DNA from: an uncultured Candidatus Actinomarina sp.
Lineage (GTDB): Bacteria > Actinomycetota > Acidimicrobiia > Actinomarinales > Actinomarinaceae
Length of the DNA stretch: 64,000 bases
NCBI GenBank assembly: GCA_902580215.1
Contig: CACHJT010000001.1
Span: 41,775-105,774, forward strand
Reading direction: 5' to 3'
Shown piece by piece: positions 49,339 to 59,291 of the stretch. The translations under genes and the position numbers were made by a program. How positions within the stretch are numbered: position 1 is the stretch's first letter; each line of letters begins with the position of its first letter. The notes beneath the pieces are model-generated. The model did no database searches and was not told the origin of the DNA. It saw only the letters and a list, made by a program, of their open reading frames with translations.

Positions 49339-51185
49339 GAATACATCTCCTCTATCAACTCACTAAACTGTTCTATTAAAACATTTCTCTTTATTTTTTG
49401 AGTAGCTGTTAACTCTCCATCTTCATGATCTAATTCTTTAGGTATCATCCTAAATTTTCTAATTTCAAGAGTTGATGTCTGTTCATTTGCTTTGACAATT
49501 TCTTTCCAGACTAAGTCTTGAACTTCTTTCTTTTCTGAGAGATCTCTGTAGGTGGTGTGAGGAATATTTTTTCTTAATGCCCAATTAGAAACGGTATCAA
49601 ACTCTATAGCAATTAGAGCTGAAAGAAATTTTCTCTTGTCGCCAATTACAATTGCATCTTTTATAAAAGGAGAAATTTTTATCTTGTTTTCGATTTCTTG
49701 AGGAGAAACATTTTTTCCACCGCTTGTAATAATGATATCTTTTTTTCTATCTACTATCTTTAAAAATTCTCCTTCAAATACACCAACATCACCCGTATGA
49801 AGCCATCCTTCTTCGTCAATAACTTCTTTAGTGGCTTCTTCATTCTTAAAGTATCCTTTAAAAACAGCGCCACCTCTTGTTAAGACTTCACCATCTTCCG
49901 CAAGCTTTACTTCCATTCCATGATTTGGAACTCCAACTGAGCCTAATTTTATTTTTTTCTCATTATTTCCAGTTGCAAAACCGCAGTTCTCAGTCATCCC
50001 ATACCCTTCAAATATAGGAACTCCCAAAGCTAGGAAGAATTTTAATATTTCTGGTGCGATGGGTGCAGCTCCGGAAATAGCTGTTTCTGCTTTGCTTAAT
50101 CCTAATTTTTTCTTAAGAGTTCTAAAGGAAAGTAGCCACCCTATTCCTAATAATATTTTTGCTATTGGATCATTAAAACTTTTATTAAGTTTTCTCTCAG
50201 CAGCAATGTTTCCTAAAAACATTGAAATCTTAAATAGTTGACGTTTTAGAAAAGTTGCATCTTTCATCCTTACCATTGCTCCTGAATGCATTCTTTCTAA
50301 TATTCTTGGTACTGCAGGAAAAATAGTTGGTTGAATTTCAACCAAATCAGATTGAACAGTATCAATCGACTCTGCAAAATTTATAGTTGCCATTGTGTGA
50401 GAAGCAACTAACAAATCTATAAGTCGTCCAAATATATGGCACAGTGGTAAATACGATAAAAATTGCGGTTCTTTTGATTTTACGTTTTCAACAAGTGAAA
50501 AGTTTGGAATTTGAGTTGCTACCCAAGCTATGTTTCCATGTGTAATCATAGAACCTTTGGGCTTTCCAGTTGTTCCGGAAGTGTAAACTAAGAATGCAAC
50601 ATCATCATCTTCTAGGTTTTCTAATTGTTGATCAACATACTCAGGAAATGATTCAAATTCAGATTTTCCTAAATCAAGAAATTCATCAAATCTCATTAAC
50701 TTAGGATGGTCATAGCTATAAAGTCCTCTATCTTCAAAATATATAATCTTTTCAAGTTTTGGGAGATGATCAATTACCTCCAGTGCTTTATCAACCTGTT
50801 CTTGATCTTCAGCAAATAAAATTTTAGATTCAGAGTGAGAAAGAAGATACTCTACTTCTGAAGGTGGGTTTGTGGGATAAAGACCCACACTTACAGCACC
50901 AATTGATTGTATGCCAATATCAGCTATAAACCACTCTGGTCTATTTTCAGAATGAATTGCTACAGAGTCTCCTTTTTGGATTCCAAAAAATTTAAGTCCC
51001 ATAGATAGATAGTTTGATTTTTTCCAAAAATCTTCGTACGTAGTCTCTTGCCATACACCAAATTCCTTATATCTCATTGCAATTTTATTTGGAAACCTTA
51101 CTGAAGTATCTTTAATTTTTTTTGATGGTGTCACTCCACCATCTCTTAGAATTTCATCATAAATTTCATTCATAGTCATTGCCAT
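49335..51185 (-). CDS. long-chain fatty acid--CoA ligase (AMP-binding)
   Basis: YTSGTTGKPKG, YLPLCH, EGYGMTE, GWLHTGDVG, DRKKDIIITSGGKN, ELTATQK. Confidence 0.92.
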   Translation of the reverse strand: MAMTMNEIYDEILRDGGVTPSKKIKDTSVRFPNKIAMRYKEFGVWQETTYEDFWKKSNYLSMGLKFFGIQKGDSVAIHSENRPEWFIADIGIQSIGAVSVGLYPTNPPSEVEYLLSHSESKILFAEDQEQVDKALEVIDHLPKLEKIIYFEDRGLYSYDHPKLMRFDEFLDLGKSEFESFPEYVDQQLENLEDDDVAFLVYTSGTTGKPKGSMITHGNIAWVATQIPNFSLVENVKSKEPQFLSYLPLCHIFGRLIDLLVASHTMATINFAESIDTVQSDLVEIQPTIFPAVPRILERMHSGAMVRMKDATFLKRQLFKISMFLGNIAAERKLNKSFNDPIAKILLGIGWLLSFRTLKKKLGLSKAETAISGAAPIAPEILKFFLALGVPIFEGYGMTENCGFATGNNEKKIKLGSVGVPNHGMEVKLAEDGEVLTRGGAVFKGYFKNEEATKEVIDEEGWLHTGDVGVFEGEFLKIVDRKKDIIITSGGKNVSPQEIENKIKISPFIKDAIVIGDKRKFLSALIAIEFDTVSNWALRKNIPHTTYRDLSEKKEVQDLVWKEIVKANEQTSTLEIRKFRMIPKELDHEDGELTATQKIKRNVLIEQFSELIEEMYS

Positions 51186-51187
51186 AA

Positions 51188-51958
51188 TTAACTCACTCCT
51201 AAATATGCTTCTATTACTTTTGGATCCTTAACAATTTCTGCAGGTGTACCTTCTGCTAATTTTTCACCAAAATTCAAAACCATAACTTCTTCTGCAATAT
51301 CCATAACCATATTCATGTCATGGTCGACTAAAATAACTGTCTTTTCCATTTCTTCGTGAATATCAATAATAAATCTTGCTATATCTTCAGTCTCCTCATT
51401 ATTCATACCTGCTGCTGGTTCATCGAGTAAAAGTACATCTGGATTTAAAGCTAATGCTCGTCCTATTTCAACTCTTTTTTGGACACCATACGGTAAAGAT
51501 AAAATATAAGAATATCTAAACTGTTCTATTTCTAAGAAGTCAATGATTTCCTCAGCTATTTTTCTGGCTTCTAATTCGTTTTTTCTTGCTTTCTTATTAA
51601 AAAATAAACTTGAAATAGCACCATACTCTAAATGTCTATGAGCACCTATAAGAATGTTATCAAGGACAGTCATGTTTTCGAAAAGTTCAATGTTTTGAAA
51701 AGTTCTAGCTATACCTAGATTGGCAACTTGGTCTGGTCTCAAATCATTGATATTGTTCTCTCCATAATTCACTGACCCTTCTGTGGGTCTGTAAATACCA
51801 CTTATACAATTGAAGATAGATGTCTTTCCAGCTCCATTTGGACCAATAATCGCATATAATGTTTTTGGTTTTACCTCAAAACTGACATCATTTAAAGCTG
51901 TTATTCCACCAAACTTCAAAGTTACGTTGTTAAAATTCAGAGATTTCATGAAAGCCAC
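51188..51958 (-). CDS. HAAT-family ABC ATP-binding protein (LivG-like)
   Basis: GPNGAGKT, ARTFQN, LPYG.QKRVE, LLLDEPAAG, EAYLG. Confidence 0.93.
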   Translation of the reverse strand: MAFMKSLNFNNVTLKFGGITALNDVSFEVKPKTLYAIIGPNGAGKTSIFNCISGIYRPTEGSVNYGENNINDLRPDQVANLGIARTFQNIELFENMTVLDNILIGAHRHLEYGAISSLFFNKKARKNELEARKIAEEIIDFLEIEQFRYSYILSLPYGVQKRVEIGRALALNPDVLLLDEPAAGMNNEETEDIARFIIDIHEEMEKTVILVDHDMNMVMDIAEEVMVLNFGEKLAEGTPAEIVKDPKVIEAYLGVS

Positions 51959-52734
51959 CTTTTTTTTCTTTTGTAATGCTTTACATCTTTAAAAGATTTT
52001 CTTTTTGTACCCTCTGGGTTTAAACCTAAGTAAAATTCTCGAACATCTTCATCTTTTAAAAGTACATCACTTGGGTTATCCATAACTATATTTCCTGTCT
52101 CCATAATATAACCATGGCTTGAAACATTCAGTGCCATATTTGCATTTTGTTCTACAAGTAATACTGTAACTCCTTGAGAATTGATCTCTGTAATCAGTTC
52201 AGCAATTTGATCAACTAGTTTTGGCGCTAATCCAAGGCTAGGTTCGTCAAGTAATAAATAATTGGGTTCTGACATTAACGCACGGCCAATTGCTAACATT
52301 TGTTGTTCTCCACCAGATAAATAGCCAGCTTCTCCTTTTGATCTTTCTTTTAAAATAGGAAATAAATCTAATACTCTGTCAATATTTTTAGGAACGTCTT
52401 TACTGTTGGTGTGTCCACCTAGTCTTAAATTCTCTATAACCGTTAACTCAGAAAAAATTCTTCTTCCTTCAAGAACTTGGGCAATCCCTTTTTCAACAAT
52501 TTTTGATGGATTCAAATTAGTAATATCTTCCCCATCTACTGTAATGCTTCCTTTTGTTATGTCTCCGTTTTGAATATCAAGTAAACCTGTGATTGAACGA
52601 ATAACTGTAGTTTTTCCTGAACCATTACTGCCTAATAAAGAAACAATTTTACCTTTAGGTATTTCGAAAGATACACCTCTAAGAACAAGGATTACATCTT
52701 GATATACAACCTCAAGGTTTTGAACAGATAACAT
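51946..52734 (-). CDS. HAAT-family ABC ATP-binding protein (LivF-like)
   Basis: GSNGSGKT, LSGGEQQMLA, LDEPSLGLAP, VEQN. Confidence 0.93.
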   Translation of the reverse strand: MLSVQNLEVVYQDVILVLRGVSFEIPKGKIVSLLGSNGSGKTTVIRSITGLLDIQNGDITKGSITVDGEDITNLNPSKIVEKGIAQVLEGRRIFSELTVIENLRLGGHTNSKDVPKNIDRVLDLFPILKERSKGEAGYLSGGEQQMLAIGRALMSEPNYLLLDEPSLGLAPKLVDQIAELITEINSQGVTVLLVEQNANMALNVSSHGYIMETGNIVMDNPSDVLLKDEDVREFYLGLNPEGTKRKSFKDVKHYKRKKRWLS

Positions 52735-52867
52735 TTACCTAATTACTTTAAGTACAAGAAAAAAAATTTTCAACCAATACAAAATTAAATAAAAAATTAT
52801 ATGAAACCCGTATAAAAATTTTACTTACAAATATTGGTTACATTTCTTCCTTATTTATCATGTATTT

Positions 52868-54073
52868 ATGGATGAAAACTATTCCCAACAAGAACTATTT
52901 GAACAAGAGCAATATATTTCTGATTTGATTGAAAAGAAAACCGTAAAGAAAAAAAGTTCTATCAATGTAGTTATGGCCTCAGGGATTTTATCAAGTATAT
53001 TGGTTTTGTCTTTTCTCTATCTTTTTGGAATTTTTGATGAAGAGGAAATAGTCCTACCAGATCCAGTAACCATAACAGAAACAATTACTGAAAAAGAACT
53101 TGTAATGCCTCGTGTCGACTCAACAGAAATTGTATCGATTGCAGAGCTAGCTACAAAAACAATCGTCCAAGTTCAGGTTGGTATCTTGAACGAAGATGGT
53201 GATTTTCTTCCTAATGGTGGTGGTTCTGGTGTGGTTATATCAAATGATGGTCTAATTATGACAAATCATCATGTGATCGATGAATCAAACGAAGTCAGAG
53301 TAATTTTTGAAGACGGAAGAATGTATGAAAGTCAAATAATAGGTTCTGATAAATTGACTGATGTAGGTTTGTTAAAAATTAATGCAGCAAATCTTTTTCC
53401 TATATCAATTGGAAACAGTGACATTTTATCTGTTGGCGATCTAGCTGTTGCAATAGGACATCCGTTAACACTAGGTGCAGCTCCAACGGTAACTTCTGGT
53501 GTTGTTTCCGCACTAGCAAGACGCCTAGATGTTGGAAGTGAAACAATGGGAAGCGGAGTAACATTATTTGGTCTAATACAAACTGATGCACCAATTACGA
53601 GAGGTTCTAGTGGCGGTGCGTTAATAAATAACAATGGTGAATTAATTGGTATTACCACGGCTATTGCAACTGCTGATGTTGGAGCTGAAGGTTTAGGGTT
53701 TGCTGTTCCAATAAATCTTGCCCTTAGCATCGCAGATGATCTAATTAAAGAAGGTCAAGTTTTCCATGCATTTCTTGGAATCTTAGGCTCGCAACACTTT
53801 GAAACTGCAGCAGATGGTGCTCGAGTTTTTTCAGGGGTATACATACAAGAGTTATATGGACCTACAAATGATATGTTTGCTATTGGAAAAGCTGGTGCAT
53901 TGCCAGGAGATATCATTAAAAAAGTCAACGGAGAAACAGTTAAAACGTTAGATGGATTAATAACTGAACTTAGAAAAAAAAGAGCTGGTGACAGCATAGA
54001 AATTGAAATTTTAAGAAACGAACAATACATTATTTTAGATTTTGAACTAGACCTACGCCCTTCAGATGTCTGA
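52868..54073 (+). CDS. htrA: HtrA/DegP-family serine protease with PDZ domain
   Basis: TM, GSGVV, TNHHV, QTDAPITRGSSGG, C-terminal PDZ. Confidence 0.9.
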   Translation: MDENYSQQELFEQEQYISDLIEKKTVKKKSSINVVMASGILSSILVLSFLYLFGIFDEEEIVLPDPVTITETITEKELVMPRVDSTEIVSIAELATKTIVQVQVGILNEDGDFLPNGGGSGVVISNDGLIMTNHHVIDESNEVRVIFEDGRMYESQIIGSDKLTDVGLLKINAANLFPISIGNSDILSVGDLAVAIGHPLTLGAAPTVTSGVVSALARRLDVGSETMGSGVTLFGLIQTDAPITRGSSGGALINNNGELIGITTAIATADVGAEGLGFAVPINLALSIADDLIKEGQVFHAFLGILGSQHFETAADGARVFSGVYIQELYGPTNDMFAIGKAGALPGDIIKKVNGETVKTLDGLITELRKKRAGDSIEIEILRNEQYIILDFELDLRPSDV

Positions 54074-55106
54074 CGATATTTTTTCACAATTATTTAATTT
54101 ATTCAATAATGATGATGGTGATGTTAATTGGAACTTAGCTTCTCAAATTAATAACCATATCAATAAAGAAGCTGAAGAAAATTTTCTTTTTTCAAATAGT
54201 GAAATGAATTATGAAGAAATTTTTAGAGCAATCCAACTAAATAACCAGTCTCTAGATGTTCCATATGAAGAAGTTGGAAATTTGCAAATACTAAATACTA
54301 AGGAATATGGAAATTGGTTTCTAGATTCTGTTAAGCATTTTGACTTTAGCAATCTAAATTTAGCAAATTCTAGTCCATTTAATTTAGCTGGAGCACAATC
54401 ATCTTTAATTGGTATGCAGCTTGGAAATATTTCTGGTTTCCTTAGTAAGAACACTTGGGGGCTTAGCCATTTTGGAGTTATTCTCCCAAAAAGTAATAAT
54501 CTCGCAATTAACAAATTAAATTTTGAATCTAGAATTACTAAATTTGAAGTTGATGATAAAGAAGCCACTATGGCTTTAATGGCTTTGGAATTTATTGCAC
54601 TATCTTTAGGAAAATTTAGTGCACCTTTTTTATTCATTCTTGAACAAATGCAAAAGAGTAACGAGAGCTTGATTGAAAGCTTAGGTGAAATGAAACCTGA
54701 TTTAGATCCAGCAAATTTTTCAAATCCAGAGGAAATGTTTTCAAATATGCCGGAACTAAACAACATTAATTTTGATTCAATATTCGATGCAATGTTTGCG
54801 CCATTAAGTTTTTATAGACAAGTAATCAAAAGTACTACTAAAGATTTTTTAAATTACATCAATCCAAGCGTTATAGATCTGGTCGCAGATTTAGATCTGG
54901 TAGGAACAAACGACACCGTAAGCGATTTTGAAAACAAGATCTCAAATTATGATGAGAAATCAGAAGGTTTCATAAACTATTTAATCGAAAGTGAAAGTCA
55001 ATATTCAACTTTAGACATATTGTCAAATATCGATCTTATTCCTTCATCTTCAGAAATTGAAGACCCAATTTCTTGGGCAGCTAGAACTTCGTTACCTCCT
55101 ATTTAA
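54066..55106 (+). CDS. DUF2342/zincin-like actinobacterial protein (degenerate Zn site)
   Basis: VNW.LA, GMQLG...G.L, C-terminal P...EIEDP..WAAR pattern; no HExxH. Confidence 0.6.
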   Translation: MSDDIFSQLFNLFNNDDGDVNWNLASQINNHINKEAEENFLFSNSEMNYEEIFRAIQLNNQSLDVPYEEVGNLQILNTKEYGNWFLDSVKHFDFSNLNLANSSPFNLAGAQSSLIGMQLGNISGFLSKNTWGLSHFGVILPKSNNLAINKLNFESRITKFEVDDKEATMALMALEFIALSLGKFSAPFLFILEQMQKSNESLIESLGEMKPDLDPANFSNPEEMFSNMPELNNINFDSIFDAMFAPLSFYRQVIKSTTKDFLNYINPSVIDLVADLDLVGTNDTVSDFENKISNYDEKSEGFINYLIESESQYSTLDILSNIDLIPSSSEIEDPISWAARTSLPPI

Positions 55107-55150
55107 ATTTAAATTCGCTAATATTAATTTATTAAGAAAGGATATTACAT

Positions 55151-55606
55151 ATGTCATTAAATATCGGAGATAAGATACCTGAATTTGAATTATACAACCA
55201 CGATAAAACGAAATACAGCGACAAAGACTTCTTGGGTCAAAAAACAATGTTTGTCTTTATGCCATTCCCATTTAGCAGTGTTTGCGATAAAGAAATTTGT
55301 GAATTAAGAGATTATCAAGAATCTTTTATGAAAGAAGATACAAATACAGTACTAGTAACAGTAGGTGCGAGCCCTACAAATAGAGCTTGGGCTGAACATT
55401 ACAATATTGAGTTTCCTATTTTATCTGATTTCTGGCCACATGGTGAAGCAGCTAAAAAATTTGGATGTTTTCATGATGGTGCAGGCATATCTCTAAGATA
55501 TACATTCATTACAAACGAAGAAAACGTAATCACAGAAATAATTAAAAGCGATGAAATAGGTGTTGAGAGAGATTTCAGCGAATATTCAGAAAGTTTTAGT
55601 ATTTAA
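55151..55606 (+). CDS. peroxiredoxin (AhpE-like)
   Basis: P.PFSSVC..E.C.LRD, LSDFWPHG. Confidence 0.88.
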   Translation: MSLNIGDKIPEFELYNHDKTKYSDKDFLGQKTMFVFMPFPFSSVCDKEICELRDYQESFMKEDTNTVLVTVGASPTNRAWAEHYNIEFPILSDFWPHGEAAKKFGCFHDGAGISLRYTFITNEENVITEIIKSDEIGVERDFSEYSESFSI

Positions 55607-55884
55607 CCTACATCTCTGACATCAAATTCAGCTGCACGCTGTCTTTTGATACGTCTTCTTTCTCTTTCAGAAAGACCTCCCCAAATGCCGAACTTTTCTG
55701 ACTGTTCAACTGCATATTCGAGGCATTCGTCTTGTACTGTACAAGCTCTGCATATTGCTTTTGCTTTTCTTGTGGATGCTCCTCTTTCGGGGAAAAATAG
55801 ATCTGCGTCTGCCCCTTTACAATTTGCTTCTTCAGTCCAAGAAGGCATTCCGCCAATTAGTTCATCTATTATTTTTAACTCCAC
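55603..55884 (-). CDS. whiB: WhiB-family transcription factor (WhiB2-like)
   Basis: ANC...D.DLFFPERG.S...AK.IC..C.V..ECLEYA, GIWGGLSERERR; AAGGAG RBS. Confidence 0.95.
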   Translation of the reverse strand: MELKIIDELIGGMPSWTEEANCKGADADLFFPERGASTRKAKAICRACTVQDECLEYAVEQSEKFGIWGGLSERERRRIKRQRAAEFDVRDVG

Positions 55885-55915
55885 CCCTGCTCCTTACAGT
55901 AAATTACATAAGTGT

Positions 55916-55944
55916 AATTTATTACATCAATACTCGATTGTCAA
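55916..55944 (-). promoter_or_regulatory. housekeeping-sigma promoter of whiB
   Basis: TTGACA-N17-TAAATT on the minus strand. Confidence 0.65.
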
Positions 55945-56000
55945 GAGGTGATTTGTCTAAATAATTATTAGTTATTTTGGGAATATAGGATAATTAAATA

Positions 56001-56462
56001 ATGCAAAATCAAAACATTGTGTCTACTGGTTCTGTTTATAAAGGAAGAACCGGTATGTGGTTATACCTCTTTCACAGGATTACAGGAGTTGCATTATTTG
56101 GTTATCTTTTGCTTCACATTATATCTACAGCACTTATCTTGGCTGGACCCGAAATCTACGAAGGTGCTGAGGCAATATACAAAAACTTTTATTTCAGAAT
56201 TGGAGAAGTCGGCTTAATGGCTGCTGTCTTAGCTCATGCAATCAACGGCTTAAGAATTATTGCTGTTGATCTTTGGAGCAAAGGGTCTGATTACCAAAAA
56301 GCACTAAACATAACAGCAATGGTTGTATTTATTGCAATATTTGTTCCTACAACATACAAAATGATAGATTCTTATTTTGAACTCTGCTTAGAAAAAAGTT
56401 CTGCTGGAACAACTGTGGTTGACTGCATGGTAAGGCCATTACCAGATTGGAAAACAAAGTGA
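56001..56462 (+). CDS. sdhC: succinate dehydrogenase cytochrome b556 subunit
   Basis: HRITGV, HAINGLR; first gene of sdh operon. Confidence 0.92.
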   Translation: MQNQNIVSTGSVYKGRTGMWLYLFHRITGVALFGYLLLHIISTALILAGPEIYEGAEAIYKNFYFRIGEVGLMAAVLAHAINGLRIIAVDLWSKGSDYQKALNITAMVVFIAIFVPTTYKMIDSYFELCLEKSSAGTTVVDCMVRPLPDWKTK

Positions 56463-56857
56463 AATCGGTAAAGAGGACTGACTGGGGAAGAAGAACTCCA
56501 CCTATTGGTGGAAGTAATTTTGAATTATATGCTTGGTTTTTTATGAGAATAAGTGGTTTATTTCTAGTTCTTTTAGCTGCTGGGCATATGTTTATAATGC
56601 ATGTCTTTAATGACACATTGAACCTAGATTACGAATTTGTTGCAGCTAGATGGGATACACCCTACTGGAGAACCTTTGATTGGCTTTTATTAACACTTAG
56701 TATTCTTCATGGAACGAATGGGCTTAGAATTGTAATGCACGACAATATTGCAAACAAAACATTCAGGCAACTTGCTCTTTACGGTTTGTACTTCACATCA
56801 ACTGCGTTTTTTGTATTAGGAACTTATGTATTGGTAGCATTTGTGAGGGAAGTATGA
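56447..56857 (+). CDS. sdhD: succinate dehydrogenase membrane anchor (start may be GTG 56459)
   Basis: WFFMRISG, HGTNGLR...D. Confidence 0.9.
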   Translation: MENKVKSVKRTDWGRRTPPIGGSNFELYAWFFMRISGLFLVLLAAGHMFIMHVFNDTLNLDYEFVAARWDTPYWRTFDWLLLTLSILHGTNGLRIVMHDNIANKTFRQLALYGLYFTSTAFFVLGTYVLVAFVREV

Positions 56858-58596
56858 AAGTTATAAAGCATTCCTTTGATGGTGTAATTGTTGGAGCCGG
56901 TGGAGCAGGTTTAAGAGCAGCGATTGAAGCGGCTCCTCACATGAAACTCGCAGTAATTACAAAACTCTACCCTACAAGATCTCATACTGGTGCTGCTCAG
57001 GGTGGTATGAGTGCTGCTTTAGCAAATGTAGAAGAAGACAATTGGAATTGGCACGCTTTTGACACTGTAAAGGGTTCTGATTACCTAGCAGATCAACCTG
57101 CAGTAGATATCCTCTGTAAAGAAGCTATAGATTCTGTTGTTGAGCTAGAGCATTGGGGATTGCCTTTTAGTAGATTAGAAAATGGAAAAATTGCACAAAG
57201 AAGATTTGGTGGACATACTGTAAAAGAAGGTGAGGCACCAGCTTTCAGAGCATGTTATGCTGCCGACAGAACCGGTCATATGATTCTGCAAACTTTGTAT
57301 CAAAAATGTGTGTCAATGGGTGTTACTTTTTTTGATGAGTTTCAAGTTCTGGATATAAAAATCGATGACGGCGTTTGTAAAGGTGTCATTGCTTATGAGA
57401 TTGCAACAGGTGATATACATATTTTTGAAGCTAGAGCAGTAACTTTTGCAACAGGAGGTTTTGGAAAGATTTATAAAGTTAGCTCAAATGCTCATTCACT
57501 CACTGGTGACGGTCCTGGAATTTTATATCAAAAAGGAATACCTCTTGAAGATATGGAATTTTATCAATTCCACCCTACCGGAATATACAGACTCGGAATA
57601 TTGTTGTCTGAGGCTGCCCGTGGAGAAGGTGGTATTTTAAGAAATAAAGATGGCGAAAGGTTTATGGAGAGATATGCACCTTCAATCAAAGACCTAGCAC
57701 CAAGGGATATGGTTTCTCGTGCAATCGCTACAGAAATTAGTGAAGGAAATGGTGCTGGACCAAATAATGATTTTGTATATTTAGATTTAACTCACCTTGG
57801 TGCTGAAACAATCAAGCAAAAACTGCCCGATATTACTGATTTTGTAAGAACTTACGTAAAAATTGAGCCTATTAATGAACCTATTCCAGTGCAACCAACT
57901 GCACATTACGCTATGGGGGGTATCCCAACAGACGTTAATGCTAGAGTTTTAAGTGATGTCACTGGCACAGTCCTTCCAGGAGTCTATTCTGCTGGAGAGT
58001 CTGCGTGTGTAAGTGTGCATGGAGCAAATAGACTAGGCACTAATTCACTCCTAGATATAGTAGTTTTTGGAAAGAGGGCAGGTCAAAGTATGGTTGACTA
58101 CGTTTCATCAACTAAACCAATGGCACTCTCTGATAATGCTGCTGAGGATCTAACTAATAAAATTGAAAACTTAATGGAAAAAGATCATAGCCTAGAATTT
58201 TCAGTTCCAAGAATTCGAGAAGAGTTACAAGACACTATGGAAGAAAACGCCAAAATATTTAGATCAGAAGAGAGTTTAGAAAAACAAACAAAAATACTAT
58301 CCGATCTTCGTGATAGATATCAAAATGTAACTATTTCAGATAAAGGTAAAGTTTTTAATACAGAGCTCTTAGAAGCGATTGAGCTTGAGTACTTACTAGA
58401 CATGTCAGATACAACTGTTGCTAGCGCACTTCATAGAAAAGAAAGTAGAGGTGCACATTCAAGGGTCGATCATGTAGAGAGGGATGACAAAAATTGGCTT
58501 AAGCACTCATTTGCATTTAAGAATGGAGATTCAGTTAAGCTAGAATATAAAGATGTTGAACTTGGAAACTATGAACCTAAGGAAAGAAAGTACTAA
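56854..58596 (+). CDS. sdhA: succinate dehydrogenase flavoprotein
   Basis: GAGGAG, RSHTGAAQGG, QFHPTG, HGANRLG.NSL, ESRGAH. Confidence 0.98.
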   Translation: MKVIKHSFDGVIVGAGGAGLRAAIEAAPHMKLAVITKLYPTRSHTGAAQGGMSAALANVEEDNWNWHAFDTVKGSDYLADQPAVDILCKEAIDSVVELEHWGLPFSRLENGKIAQRRFGGHTVKEGEAPAFRACYAADRTGHMILQTLYQKCVSMGVTFFDEFQVLDIKIDDGVCKGVIAYEIATGDIHIFEARAVTFATGGFGKIYKVSSNAHSLTGDGPGILYQKGIPLEDMEFYQFHPTGIYRLGILLSEAARGEGGILRNKDGERFMERYAPSIKDLAPRDMVSRAIATEISEGNGAGPNNDFVYLDLTHLGAETIKQKLPDITDFVRTYVKIEPINEPIPVQPTAHYAMGGIPTDVNARVLSDVTGTVLPGVYSAGESACVSVHGANRLGTNSLLDIVVFGKRAGQSMVDYVSSTKPMALSDNAAEDLTNKIENLMEKDHSLEFSVPRIREELQDTMEENAKIFRSEESLEKQTKILSDLRDRYQNVTISDKGKVFNTELLEAIELEYLLDMSDTTVASALHRKESRGAHSRVDHVERDDKNWLKHSFAFKNGDSVKLEYKDVELGNYEPKERKY

Positions 58597-59291
58597 TGAA
58601 TGTCAAAGTTAACATTTTAAGATATAACCCTGAGACAGATAGGAAAGGTCACTGGGAAGAATACATCCTCGAAGCTGATCCTGATGAGAGAATATTAGAT
58701 TTACTTCACAAAGTTAAATGGTTTGATGATGGAAGTTTAGCATTTAGAAGATCCTGTGCTCACGGAGTTTGTGGATCTGATGCAATGGTTGTTAATGGGG
58801 AAAACATGCTAGCTTGTCAGGTTCTTGTTAAAGAAGTTAGTACACCAATTAAAATCGAACCTATTAGAGGCCTACCTGTCATAAAAGATTTAGTAGTAAA
58901 TATGGATTCTTTTTTTGATTCTTATAAAAAAGTCATGCCTTATCTTGTAAATGATGATGAGCCTGGTGAGAGAGAAAGGCTGCAATCTCCTGAAGACCGA
59001 GACAGGTTTGAAGATACTACAAAATGTATTTTGTGTGCAGCTTGTACAACAAGTTGCCCTGTTTTCTGGACTGCTGATACATATGTGGGACCAGCAGCAA
59101 TTGTAAATGCACACAGATTTGTATTTGATTCACGAGACAATGCTTCAAAACAAAGACTTGAAATTTTAAAAGATGTAGATGGAGCATTTAGATGCAGAAC
59201 CGCATTTAATTGTACTTCTGCATGTCCTCGTGGTATTCAGGTTACTAAAGCCATCGAAGATGTTAAAAGAGAAACCCTTACAATCAATTGA
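58596..59291 (+). CDS. sdhB: succinate dehydrogenase iron-sulfur subunit
   Basis: RRSCAHGVCGSD, CILCAACTTSCP, CRTAFNCTSACP. Confidence 0.98.
   Translation: MNVKVNILRYNPETDRKGHWEEYILEADPDERILDLLHKVKWFDDGSLAFRRSCAHGVCGSDAMVVNGENMLACQVLVKEVSTPIKIEPIRGLPVIKDLVVNMDSFFDSYKKVMPYLVNDDEPGERERLQSPEDRDRFEDTTKCILCAACTTSCPVFWTADTYVGPAAIVNAHRFVFDSRDNASKQRLEILKDVDGAFRCRTAFNCTSACPRGIQVTKAIEDVKRETLTIN

Noticed and set aside
55889..55896. whiB RBS as the specific target of the candidate sRNA (8-nt complementarity to TGCTCCTT)
   Set aside because: The same 8-mer also matches the sucD RBS near 63050; expected for any AAGGAG site, so not specific evidence.
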